Source: an uncultured Desulfobacteraceae bacterium
Lineage (GTDB): Bacteria; Desulfobacterota; Desulfobacteria; Desulfobacterales; UBA2156
Direction of reading: 5' to 3'
Length of the DNA stretch: 64,000 nucleotides
NCBI GenBank assembly: GCA_964596535.1
Contig: CAZQUR010000001.1
Coordinates: forward strand, 26,574 to 90,573
Shown: in pieces, positions 55,457 to 64,000 of the stretch
Numbering within the stretch: the first letter of the stretch is position 1
Layout: each line of letters starts with the position of its first letter
Position numbers and translations under genes: made by a program
The notes under the pieces: generated by a model
Database searches by the model: none
The model's input: only the letters and a program-made list of their open reading frames with translations
Told to the model about the DNA's origin: nothing

Positions 55457-56692
55457 ATGATGAAAAAGGCAACGGCCGAAACGGTCCTCGTGGTGGACGA
55501 CAATCCCGTCAACCGCACCCTTCTGAAAAAGATCCTGGAAAAGGAAGGGTATCGGGTGGCCGAAGCCGAAGACGGTAAAGCCGCCATGGAAGCCGTCTTT
55601 CGAGAGTCTCCGGATCTGGTTCTGCTGGACATCATGATGCCCAGAATGGACGGTTATGCGGTGTGTGCGGCGCTGGTCCAAGACGCCCGGACGGTCCGCA
55701 TCCCGATCATTTTCCTGTCCGCCAAGACGCGGCCCGAGGACAAAATCAAGGGGTTGAACCTGGGCGGTGCCGATTACGTGACCAAGCCCTTCGACAAGGG
55801 CGAGATCCTGGCCCGGGTTCGGGTGCACCTCAAAATCCGCAGGCTGACCCTTGATTTGATGGAAGCCAACCGGGAATTACGGGAAAAGCAGGCCCGCCTG
55901 GACGGCGATTTACGGGCGGCGGCCGAGATTCAAAAAAGCCTGTTGCCGCCGGCTTTCGTCCAGGTGCCGGGCATGCAGACGGCATGGCGGTTTATTCCCT
56001 CCCGACGGATCGGGGGAGACCTTTTCAATCTTTTTTCCCTCGACGAAACCCACTGGGGAATCTACATGCTTGATATCAGCGGGCACGGGGTTCCGGCCGC
56101 CATGGTCGCCGTTTCCGCATACCAGATGCTGAATTCCCGGCCGGGGTACCTATTAAAAAAAGCGATCCAGCCGCCTCCGTTTTATGAGATCGTTTCGCCG
56201 TCGGAGGTGCTCGCCGCCGTAAACCGGGAATTTCCCATGGAGCGCTTTGATAAATTTTTCACCTTGAGTTATTTGATCGTCAATATTAAAGACGGTCGCA
56301 TCCGTTACAGCAATGCAGCCCATCCCCCGCCCGTGCTTTTACGAAAAGACGGCACCATGGCGCTTCTGAAGGAAGGGGGGACCGTCATCGGTCTGGGGGA
56401 GGGGGTTTTGTTTGAAGAAGGAGAAGCCCGGCTCTTTCCGGGGGACCGCCTCTTTGTGTATACGGACGGGATCACCGAATACCGCACAGGGGACGAACGG
56501 TTTTTCGGTGAGGCGCGCTTTTACGAATGTCTTCAATCGACGATGCACAAAACCCTAAAAGACCAGGTGGACGGCGTCATTGACACCATGATGGCATTCG
56601 GCGGCCATGCACCTCCGCCGGATGATGTGAGCCTCCTGGGCGTGGCCTTTGGAGGACAAGGACGAAACCCGGCTCCCGGCGCCATGAAATGA
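55457..56692 (+). CDS. response-regulator receiver + PP2C/SpoIIE phosphatase (RsbU-like)
   Basis: The receiver reads VLVVDDNPVNR..DLVLLDIMMPRMDG..LSAK. A coiled coil follows, then a SpoIIE-type PP2C domain (GGDLFN..DISGHGVPAA..YTDGITE). Confidence 0.85.
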   Translation: MMKKATAETVLVVDDNPVNRTLLKKILEKEGYRVAEAEDGKAAMEAVFRESPDLVLLDIMMPRMDGYAVCAALVQDARTVRIPIIFLSAKTRPEDKIKGLNLGGADYVTKPFDKGEILARVRVHLKIRRLTLDLMEANRELREKQARLDGDLRAAAEIQKSLLPPAFVQVPGMQTAWRFIPSRRIGGDLFNLFSLDETHWGIYMLDISGHGVPAAMVAVSAYQMLNSRPGYLLKKAIQPPPFYEIVSPSEVLAAVNREFPMERFDKFFTLSYLIVNIKDGRIRYSNAAHPPPVLLRKDGTMALLKEGGTVIGLGEGVLFEEGEARLFPGDRLFVYTDGITEYRTGDERFFGEARFYECLQSTMHKTLKDQVDGVIDTMMAFGGHAPPPDDVSLLGVAFGGQGRNPAPGAMK

Positions 56693-56705
56693 ACAGGAGA
56701 AGCGC

Positions 56706-57047
56706 ATGGAAGTTTTCCACCGGCGACAAAACGGGGTGACGGTGGTCGCCCTCAAGGGGATGCTCGATGCATCGACGGCCCCGATCTTTAAGAAGGAGAT
56801 GGCGGCGTTAATCCGGGACAGGACCTTCAACCTTGTGGTGGATCTGGAGGATGTGGGGTTCATCGACAGTACCGGGTTGGGGGCCTTGATCTCCGTTTTA
56901 CGGCAGGTGCACACGGAAGGCGGGGATGTCAAGCTGGCGTGTCTTCAGGAGCGGATCCGGGGCGTGTTCGAGCTGACCCGGCTGGATAAGGTCTTCGATA
57001 TCTGTGCCGATCTGGAAGCGGCCATGCGTCGATTCGGGTCGAAATAA
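56706..57047 (+). CDS. STAS-domain anti-sigma-factor antagonist (RsbV/SpoIIAA-like)
   Basis: 113 aa. [13 protein letters not shown] contains the conserved phosphorylatable Ser/Thr context. Confidence 0.85.
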   Translation: MEVFHRRQNGVTVVALKGMLDASTAPIFKKEMAALIRDRTFNLVVDLEDVGFIDSTGLGALISVLRQVHTEGGDVKLACLQERIRGVFELTRLDKVFDICADLEAAMRRFGSK

Positions 57048-57084
57048 TCCCCGCCGGGACGGAATCATAGAGAAAGGACGGTTC

Positions 57085-57963
57085 ATGAAAGGCATCATCC
57101 TTGCGGGCGGATCCGGCACACGGATGTATCCCATCACCCGGGTGGTTTCCAAACAGCTCCTCCCGGTGTACGACAAACCCATGATTTATTATCCGTTGTC
57201 CGTTCTCATGCTGGCCGAAATCCGGGAGATTCTCCTCATTTCGACCCCCCAGGATCTCCCCATCTTTGAAAGGCTTTTGGGGGACGGCTCCCAGATCGGG
57301 CTTTCCCTTTCCTATGCACAGCAGCCCCGCCCGGAGGGACTGGCCCAGGCCTTCATCATCGGAAGAGACTTCATCGGCGGGGATTCTGTCTGCCTGATCC
57401 TGGGAGACAATATTTTTTACGGCCACGATCTGTCCGAGACACTGCAACACGCGGTTCAGGTTCATGAAGGCGGGCTCATCTTCGGTTACCCCGTGAAGGA
57501 TCCGGAACGCTACGGGGTGGTGGAGTTCGACTCTGCCGGGAACGTCATCGGCATCGAAGAAAAACCCGAGCATCCCAAGTCCCACTACGCCGTGGTGGGT
57601 CTGTATCTGTATGACAACGACGTCATCGACATCGCCGCCTCTCTGAAGCCGTCGGCCCGGGGGGAATTGGAGATCACCGATGTGAACCGGGTGTATCTGG
57701 AGAAGGGGCGGTTGCGGGTGAAGCTGCTGGGCCGGGGGATGGCCTGGCTCGATACCGGAACCCACGATTCCATGCACCAGGCCGCCAATTTCGTTCAGGT
57801 CATCCAGGCGCGGCAGGGGCTCAAGATCGCCTGCATCGAGGAAATCGCTTATCGGCTCGGATATATCCGTGCCGGGGCCCTCGAGGAATTGGCCTCGGAC
57901 ATGACCAAAAACGACTACGGAAAATACTTGATGGCCATCCTCCGGGAAGGCCGGGTCGAATAG
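57085..57963 (+). CDS. rfbA: glucose-1-phosphate thymidylyltransferase
   Basis: [39 protein letters not shown], a canonical RmlA N-terminus. The start was moved to ATG 57085. Confidence 0.93.
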   Translation: MKGIILAGGSGTRMYPITRVVSKQLLPVYDKPMIYYPLSVLMLAEIREILLISTPQDLPIFERLLGDGSQIGLSLSYAQQPRPEGLAQAFIIGRDFIGGDSVCLILGDNIFYGHDLSETLQHAVQVHEGGLIFGYPVKDPERYGVVEFDSAGNVIGIEEKPEHPKSHYAVVGLYLYDNDVIDIAASLKPSARGELEITDVNRVYLEKGRLRVKLLGRGMAWLDTGTHDSMHQAANFVQVIQARQGLKIACIEEIAYRLGYIRAGALEELASDMTKNDYGKYLMAILREGRVE

Positions 57964-57976
57964 CGGCCGGCATTTC

Positions 57977-60376
57977 TTACATATCGGATTTGAAGAATTC
58001 TTCCGGCTCGGCGATGGTGCCGGGCCGGGGGGAGTATTCGGTAGGGGCCGTCCCCTCCTTGAAGCACTCGAAGATGACCTTTTCGGATTCGGGTACGGGA
58101 AGGAGACCGGTCTTTGCATCGATCTTGATGAACACCACGCCGTCGGGCACCTGAAAGACCCGGACGGGCTTGTCGGCGAGGACCTGCTTCATGAATGCCA
58201 GCCAGATGGGGCTGGCGGCCCGGGATCCGGTTTCCCCTTTCCCCAGGGATTTCTCTTCGTCGAATCCCACCCATACGCCGGTGATATATCGGGGGGTATA
58301 CCCCATGAACCAGGCATCAAAAAGATTGTTCGTGGTCCCGGTCTTCCCGGCCACCGGCCGGTTGAGGGCCCGGACCCGCCACCCGGTCCCGTCCTTGACC
58401 ACCCTTTCCAGGAGATGAGTCATGAGGTACGCCGTGTTTTTTTCGATCACTTTTTGGATTTTAGGCTCCGTTTCTTCCAGCACATTCCCGGCCCGGTCCA
58501 GGATCCGCGTGATGAATACGGGCTCCACAAGATAGCCGGCATTGGCAAAGACCGAGTAGGCCCGGGACAGTTCCAGCAGCGATACCCCCGAGGCTCCCAG
58601 AGCCAGCGCCAGGTTTCGATCCAGATGGGAAGTGATTCCGAGTTTCCGGGCGTATTCGATGGCGTAGTCGATCCCGATGTCCTGGAGGATCTTGATGGTG
58701 ACGACGTTCCGCGAATGGATCAGGGCCTCCCGGAAAAGAGTGGGGCCGAAGAATTTTTCTTTGTAGTTTTTGGGTTTCCAGGTGAAATCCCGTTCCGCAT
58801 CGCTGTAAACGATGGGCGAATCGATAATCACCGTGGCGGGTGTATATCCTTTGTCCAGGGCCGCCGCGTAAATGACGGGTTTAAAGGCCGAACCGGGTTG
58901 CCGGCGGGACTGGACGGCCCGGTTGAACTGGCTGATCCGGAAATCCCGCCCCCCCAGCATGGCTTTGATATGCCCGGTTTCACTTTCAATGCACAACAGC
59001 GCGGCCTGGGCAAGGGGTTCCTGCTCGAGCGCCAGATGGAGGGCATCGGCCTTTTCGGGCGTTTCTTTGACCTTGACCCAGATCACGTCCCCCACCGCCA
59101 GGGCATCCGACGGGCGCCTCAACCGGGCTTCATAGTAGGCCACGTCCGGGTCGGGTTTCCGCGCCCATTTCATGTCTTCCAAAAGAATTGTTCCCCGGTG
59201 GCGTGCCATTCGCACCGTCACCTTTGAGGCGGCGTCTTCCACGTCCACCACCACGCCTTTGAGAATTTGTCCCGCAGCAGGGGAAGCGGCGCCCATTTCT
59301 TCTTCGAGGGTTTTTGAAAAGCCTTCAATCTCTTCCTTGGCCAGGCGGGTGATGGGTCCCCGATACCCCTGGCGTTTATCCAGGTCGCGCAGGCCGGCTT
59401 CGATCTCCAGGCGTCCGATGTTCTGCATTTCGATATTCACGGCCGTATACACCTGGAGCCCGTCGGTATAAAGCGCATCCGTGCCAAACCGGTTTTCGAT
59501 GTATTGACGGATGTACTCGGTGTAGTAGGGGACTTCTTCGATGAACCAGTTTTTACGCGGCTGGATGTCCAGTTGGACATTGATGGCCTCGGTGGCTTCC
59601 AGGTTGGTGATGAAGCCTTCGGCCACCATCCGGTTGATCACGTAGATTTGGCGCTCCTTGGCCTTTTCCGGATGGCGGAACGGAGAATAGGCGCTGGGGG
59701 CCTGGGGAAGGCCGGCGAGCATGGCGCATTCGGCGAGATTGAGGTCTTTGGCGGACTTGCCGAAGTAATTTTCCGCCGCCGCCTGAATGCCGTAGGCGCC
59801 GTGGCCCAGGTAAATCTGGTTTAAATAAAGGTAGAGGATTTCATCTTTGGAAAGCGCCTTTTCGATGCGGTAGGCCAAGATGGCTTCCTTGATCTTTCGG
59901 CGATAGCTTCTTTCCGGCGTCAAGAAGAAGGACTTGGCCACCTGCTGGGTGATGGTGCTCCCTCCCTGGACAATGGCGCCGGCCTCGATGTTTTTGAAAA
60001 AGGCCCGGAGGATGCTGACGAAGTCGATGCCTTCGTGCTGGTAGAAGCGGGCGTCTTCCGCGGCGATGAACGCGGCTTTGAGCATGGGGGAGATGTCGGA
60101 CAGCGGCACCACGATCCGCCGTTCCTTGTAAAATTCACCGATTTTCCGGTTGTCGTCCGAATATATGGTGGTGATGACGGGAGGGCGATAATCCTTCAAG
60201 GATCCGATCTGGGGAAGACCTTCGGCGATGTAAAAGTAAAGGCCCGCCAGGGCGGCGGCTCCGGCGACCACGCACAAAAGGAGTATAAAGAAAATCCACC
60301 GGAAAACTGCTCTTATTTTCCCCGTATTCGTTTTTTTGGCGCGTCTTTTGAGTATCTGTGATGTTTTTTTGGTCAT
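57977..60376 (-). CDS. mrcA: penicillin-binding protein 1A (bifunctional transglycosylase/transpeptidase)
   Basis: 799 aa from ATG 60376. It has an N-terminal TM, the GT51 motifs EDARFYQHEGID and GGSTITQQ, and the transpeptidase motifs SAFKP, SRN and KTGTT. Confidence 0.92.
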   Translation of the reverse strand: MTKKTSQILKRRAKKTNTGKIRAVFRWIFFILLLCVVAGAAALAGLYFYIAEGLPQIGSLKDYRPPVITTIYSDDNRKIGEFYKERRIVVPLSDISPMLKAAFIAAEDARFYQHEGIDFVSILRAFFKNIEAGAIVQGGSTITQQVAKSFFLTPERSYRRKIKEAILAYRIEKALSKDEILYLYLNQIYLGHGAYGIQAAAENYFGKSAKDLNLAECAMLAGLPQAPSAYSPFRHPEKAKERQIYVINRMVAEGFITNLEATEAINVQLDIQPRKNWFIEEVPYYTEYIRQYIENRFGTDALYTDGLQVYTAVNIEMQNIGRLEIEAGLRDLDKRQGYRGPITRLAKEEIEGFSKTLEEEMGAASPAAGQILKGVVVDVEDAASKVTVRMARHRGTILLEDMKWARKPDPDVAYYEARLRRPSDALAVGDVIWVKVKETPEKADALHLALEQEPLAQAALLCIESETGHIKAMLGGRDFRISQFNRAVQSRRQPGSAFKPVIYAAALDKGYTPATVIIDSPIVYSDAERDFTWKPKNYKEKFFGPTLFREALIHSRNVVTIKILQDIGIDYAIEYARKLGITSHLDRNLALALGASGVSLLELSRAYSVFANAGYLVEPVFITRILDRAGNVLEETEPKIQKVIEKNTAYLMTHLLERVVKDGTGWRVRALNRPVAGKTGTTNNLFDAWFMGYTPRYITGVWVGFDEEKSLGKGETGSRAASPIWLAFMKQVLADKPVRVFQVPDGVVFIKIDAKTGLLPVPESEKVIFECFKEGTAPTEYSPRPGTIAEPEEFFKSDM

Positions 60377-60510
60377 GAGGGGTTCATACCGGCCGCTTTG
60401 GAAACAGCTCTTTTTGTCGACTTGAAATCGCTCCCGTTCAATCGCTATCAAATAGCAGACTCCGCCCTTCAACACAAGCACCGGCTGCATCCGTTTTGCG
60501 GAAAAAGCAA

Positions 60511-60539
60511 TTGACAATTTAACCGCATGATTTTATTTA
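60511..60539 (+). promoter_or_regulatory. candidate sigma70-type promoter for hisI-hisG
   Basis: TTGACA (60511-60516), a 17-nt spacer, then TATTTA (60534-60539). Confidence 0.4.
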
Positions 60540-60683
60540 TTTCAGTTTCGATTCTCGTTTCCGTGCACATCATTTTTAAGGAAATCGTAAAAACCCGCAT
60601 TTCCCCCCTTGGCAGGGAGAGGATTTACCACACCATTGCCCTCCCCTGATGGGAGGGGAACAAGGGGAGGGGGATACAACTTC

Positions 60684-61061
60684 ATGATAACCCTGGATTT
60701 TGACAAAATGGGAGGGCTTGTCCCGGCGGTGGTGCAGGATTACGAAACCCGCGAGGTCCTCATGTTGGGATTCATGAACGAAGCGGCATGGCACAGCACC
60801 CTGGAAACAGGAACGGCCACCTTTTTCAGCCGCAGCCGAAAGGCGCTCTGGATCAAAGGGAAGACATCCGGACACCACCAGATCGTCAAAGAGGTCCGGA
60901 TCGACTGCGACGATGACGCCGTCCTTTTGCTGGTGGAGCAGGTGGGCGGTGCGGCGTGTCATACGGGGCATCGCAGCTGTTTTCACAAAAAAGTGCGGGG
61001 CGACACCGTGCGAGTGACGGATTCGCCGGTGTTCGATCCGCGAAAGGTTTACGGAAAATGA
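60684..61061 (+). CDS. hisI: phosphoribosyl-AMP cyclohydrolase (monofunctional HisI)
   Basis: 125 aa from ATG 60684 with [62 protein letters not shown]. Confidence 0.92.
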   Translation: MITLDFDKMGGLVPAVVQDYETREVLMLGFMNEAAWHSTLETGTATFFSRSRKALWIKGKTSGHHQIVKEVRIDCDDDAVLLLVEQVGGAACHTGHRSCFHKKVRGDTVRVTDSPVFDPRKVYGK

Positions 61062-61930
61062 CGAAACTCAAGCTGGGTATCCCCAAGGGAAGCCTTCAGA
61101 ACGCCACCATCTCCCTGTTCCAGCGGTCCGGATGGACCATCGACGTGAACGGGCGCAGCTATTTCCCGGAGATCAACGATCCCTTGATCGAATGCGCCAT
61201 CTGCCGCGCCCAGGAGATGTCCCGGTACGTGGAAGGCGGCACACTGGATGCCGGCTTGACCGGAAAAGACTGGATCGCCGAAAACGCCTCCGATGTCCAC
61301 GTGGCGGCCGATCTCATTTATTCCAAGGTCAGCTCCCGGCCCGCCCGATGGATTTTGGCGGTCCCCTACGATTCCCCCATCCGTACCCTGGAGGATTTGA
61401 AAGAAAAGAAGATCGCCACGGAGCTGGTGCATTTTACGAAGCGGTTTTTCGAAGAACGCCGCATCAACGTGAAAGTGGAATTTTCCTGGGGCGCCACCGA
61501 GGCCAAGGTGGTCTCCGGACTCGCCGACGCGGTGGTGGAGGTAACGGAAACCGAAAGCACACTCAGGGCCCACGGGCTTCGGATCATCTTCGAGCTGATG
61601 CAGACCAACACTCAGCTCATCGCCAACCATGAGGCGTTCAGGGTGCCTGAAAAGCGGGAAAAGATCGAACAGATCGCCCTGCTGCTCAAAGGTGCCCTGT
61701 TGGGCGAAAAACTGGTCGGGTTGAAAATGAACGTTCCCGGGCAACACCTTGAAAACATCGTGTCGCTGCTTCCCAGCCTGAACGCCCCTACCGTGGCGCC
61801 CTTGTACCAGAGCCGGTGGTTTTCCGTGGAGACCGTGGTGGATCGCCAGATCGTCCGGGACCTGATTCCCAAGCTTTTAAAACAAGGCGCCGAAGGGATT
61901 ATCGAGTATCCCTTGAACAAAGTCGTGTGA
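61058..61930 (+). CDS. hisG: ATP phosphoribosyltransferase (long form)
   Basis: 290 aa. Its ATG overlaps the hisI stop (ATGA). The N-terminus is [26 protein letters not shown]. Confidence 0.9.
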   Translation: MTKLKLGIPKGSLQNATISLFQRSGWTIDVNGRSYFPEINDPLIECAICRAQEMSRYVEGGTLDAGLTGKDWIAENASDVHVAADLIYSKVSSRPARWILAVPYDSPIRTLEDLKEKKIATELVHFTKRFFEERRINVKVEFSWGATEAKVVSGLADAVVEVTETESTLRAHGLRIIFELMQTNTQLIANHEAFRVPEKREKIEQIALLLKGALLGEKLVGLKMNVPGQHLENIVSLLPSLNAPTVAPLYQSRWFSVETVVDRQIVRDLIPKLLKQGAEGIIEYPLNKVV

Positions 61931-61995
61931 CGCGCCCGAAAACCAAGACGGCCGTTTTTTTCAAGGAAACCCATTGCCCCAGGAGCCTCGAACCC

Positions 61996-62574
61996 ATGAA
62001 GATCCGGTCGGCGGAATTTATCAAAAGCGCCGTCGAACCCAAAGGGTATCCGGCGGGCCGGTTCCCGGAAGTCGCCTTCCTGGGGCGTTCCAATGCGGGG
62101 AAATCTTCTCTCATCAACACCCTCGTGAATCGGAAACGTCTCGTGAAAACCAGCAGCACCCCGGGAAAGACCCGGCACTTGAATTTTTTTCTCATCAACG
62201 AAAAGTGGATGTTCGTGGACCTGCCGGGCTATGGATACGCCAAAGTACCCATTACCTTGAGGAAAAACTGGAAACAATGGATCGAGACGTACCTTCGGAA
62301 AAGAGAGAACCTCAAAGGCGTGGTGCTGGTGATGGATATCCGGCGGACCCTCCGCCAGGAGGAGTTGGGTCTGGTGGAATGGTTGGCCGACCGGAAACGA
62401 CGCTGCATCCTGGTCATGACCAAGGCGGACAAGCTTTCCAAGGCCCGGCAGTTGCAACAAGGCGCCGCCGCTTTGGAGGCGTTTTCAAAAGGACCGGATG
62501 TCCTGGTCCTTTTTTCCGCCAAGACCGGCCAGGGAAAAGATACATTGTGGGAAGCCATCGAGGCGTGCCGGTGA
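61996..62574 (+). CDS. engB: ribosome-biogenesis GTPase EngB/YsxC
   Basis: 192 aa from ATG 61996 with G1 GRSNAGKSSLIN, DLPGYG and TKADK. Confidence 0.9.
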   Translation: MKIRSAEFIKSAVEPKGYPAGRFPEVAFLGRSNAGKSSLINTLVNRKRLVKTSSTPGKTRHLNFFLINEKWMFVDLPGYGYAKVPITLRKNWKQWIETYLRKRENLKGVVLVMDIRRTLRQEELGLVEWLADRKRRCILVMTKADKLSKARQLQQGAAALEAFSKGPDVLVLFSAKTGQGKDTLWEAIEACR

Positions 62575-62613
62575 GTACGAATCCCGGAGGCCCGAAACAG
62601 TGAAATATATCCA

Positions 62614-63534
62614 ATGACGGAACAACAGGGGAAAGACCTGTCCGGCGTTTCCTTTCGATCCGGATTCGTGGCCCTCGTGGGCCCGCCCAACGCCGGAAAA
62701 TCGACCTTTTTGAACCGGGTCCTGAAGGAAAAGGTCTCCATTGTCTCCAAAAAACCCCAGACCACCCGGAACCGGATCTTGGGGATCGTGCACCGCTTCG
62801 GGGCCCAGGTCCTGTTTTTGGACACGCCCGGGGTCTTTTCGGGAGCCGCCGATTTCAATGCCCGGCTCGTCAAAAAGGCGTTGGCCGCCCTTTCCGAAGC
62901 CGACGTGGTTCTCCTGTTGCTGGATGCCGCCGCACCGGATCCGGAGGCCGAAGCCCTTTTGCTCAAGGCCCTGCGGTCGAATCGATCCGGGGTGGTTTTG
63001 GCCCTCAACAAAATCGATCTGATGGACAAAAAGCGCTTGTTGCCCCTGATGGAAGCATGGATCAGTAAATATCCCTTTGAGGCGGTTTTTCCCGTCAGCG
63101 CCAAAACCGGGAACGGCATCGAGGCCCTGATGGAGGCCATTGAAGGGTTGTTGCCCGAAGGGCCGCCTTATTTCGACCCGGACGCGGTCACGGACGTCTC
63201 CACACGTTTCCTGGTGGCCGAACGGATCCGGGAAAAGGTCATCCGCTTCACCGGCCAAGAGATTCCGTACGCCGTCGCCGTCACCGTGGACGCCTTTTCT
63301 CACAATGCGGACCGATCCCTGATCCGGATCCGGGCCACCATCCACGTGGAGCGCGACTCCCAGAAAGGGATCCTCATCGGGGCCGCCGGGCAAAAGCTCA
63401 AACAGATCGGAATGCACGCCCGACAGGAGGTCGAAGCCTTTTTGGGGTGCAAGGTCTTTCTGGAGCTTTTTGTGCGGGTCCAGAAAAAATGGCGGAAGGA
63501 TCCCAAGGCGCTGAAAAGGTTCGGGTACGAATGA
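62614..63534 (+). CDS. era: GTPase Era
   Basis: 306 aa with GPPNAGKSTFLN, DTPG, NKID and a C-terminal KH domain. Confidence 0.93.
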   Translation: MTEQQGKDLSGVSFRSGFVALVGPPNAGKSTFLNRVLKEKVSIVSKKPQTTRNRILGIVHRFGAQVLFLDTPGVFSGAADFNARLVKKALAALSEADVVLLLLDAAAPDPEAEALLLKALRSNRSGVVLALNKIDLMDKKRLLPLMEAWISKYPFEAVFPVSAKTGNGIEALMEAIEGLLPEGPPYFDPDAVTDVSTRFLVAERIREKVIRFTGQEIPYAVAVTVDAFSHNADRSLIRIRATIHVERDSQKGILIGAAGQKLKQIGMHARQEVEAFLGCKVFLELFVRVQKKWRKDPKALKRFGYE

Positions 63535-64000
63535 TCCTGTCCTTTCACCCCTGCTACGAAGGCGACGTCAACCGCCTGTGTGCGGGACGTGATCCGGGGC
63601 CGGAGGAATTGGCCTCCATTCAAAGGGCTTCCGCCGTGATCCTTCCCCAGGGATGCCGGGAGTCCCTTTACCGCATGGCGACGGCCCATTGTCCCAATGT
63701 TTTCCCCAACTACGAGGTGCGCTTTGCCTTCCCGGGGAAAACGGATCAGATACGGCTGTTCCGGCGCATGGGGGTTTGCCATCCCCGGAGTGAAATTTTT
63801 TCGTCCGTGGCGGACTTTTTTTCACGATACGGCGACGACGGAAAAGGGTTGCCCTTTTCCTTTCCCATGGTTTTCAAGTGGAACTGGGGCGGCGAGGGGG
63901 CAGGCGTCTTCCGGGTGGATTCCCCGGACGTCTTGAAAGATATGCTGTTATGGGAAAAAGGAAGCGGAAGCGATGCGCTGCCCTTTTTAATCCAGGAATT
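63531..64000 (+). CDS. ATP-grasp-like protein, N-terminal part; runs off the window edge
   Basis: Its ATG overlaps the era stop (ATGA). FPMVFKWNWGGEGAGVFRV resembles the ATP-grasp (RimK-like) phosphate-binding strand. The assignment is weak. Confidence 0.35.
   Translation, partial: MILSFHPCYEGDVNRLCAGRDPGPEELASIQRASAVILPQGCRESLYRMATAHCPNVFPNYEVRFAFPGKTDQIRLFRRMGVCHPRSEIFSSVADFFSRYGDDGKGLPFSFPMVFKWNWGGEGAGVFRVDSPDVLKDMLLWEKGSGSDALPFLIQE

Noticed and set aside
1-64000. Window-wide look for CRISPR arrays, transposases/integrases, phage genes, toxin-antitoxin pairs, retron/DGR-type reverse transcriptases, rRNA, and long tandem or inverted repeats.
   Set aside because: None found by eye. The only repeats are homopolymers (G10 at 23212; a T10 run inside ispG around 210-220; several A/T8-9 runs) and the short GC-rich hairpin family reported above. 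A computational repeat and HMM scan would be needed to be certain.

Overview
This is a 64-kb high-GC bacterial chromosomal window. The gene order rpmF...fabG-acpP-fabF-rpiB-glyA-dCMP deaminase-nrdR-ribD-ribE-ribBA-ribH-nusB resembles what I recall from Geobacter/Desulfobacterota genomes, but that taxonomic guess is inference only.

I can support about 60 protein-coding genes, one tRNA-Gln(CUG), and one small gene missing from the ORF track (rpmF, 59 aa). Many ORF-track starts look like upstream in-frame extensions. I re-set them where a Shine-Dalgarno plus start codon, or family N-termini, argue for it.

Most of the window is housekeeping:
- ispG, mltF, the riboflavin operon, glyA, fatty-acid synthesis genes
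- gltX, glnS, hisS, aspS, hisIG
- PBP1A, rfbA, engB, era
- a TRAP transporter and a Liv-type ABC transporter

The accessory-looking block is about 18.3-32.2 kb:
- an orphan Na+-decarboxylase beta/gamma-like membrane operon with a rubredoxin-DUF2231 protein
- an Rrf2-regulated operon that is visibly decaying (a TusA-like/cysteine-desulfurase chimera with frameshift, nonsense codon and truncation; a hemerythrin; a frameshifted DUF2249)
- an intact cytoplasmic-type narGHJI operon that ends in a TDT/SLAC1-family anion-channel gene instead of narK
- further remnants (a mini FmdE-like gene and a truncated ABC permease)

I saw no CRISPR array, transposase, integrase, rRNA or phage genes.

The best candidates for something undescribed are all context-based hypotheses:
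1. the nar-linked TDT channel
2. a VLCAD-like acyl-CoA dehydrogenase translationally coupled inside the rpmF-fabG-acpP-fabF operon where plsX-fabH-fabD normally sit
3. the OadG-like/OadB/rubredoxin-DUF2231 operon lacking any carboxyltransferase or biotin carrier
4. a DeoR / choline-kinase-like / Liv-ABC / dimethylglycine-dehydrogenase-like catabolic cluster

No database search or computation was possible. All homology statements rest on motif recognition by eye.
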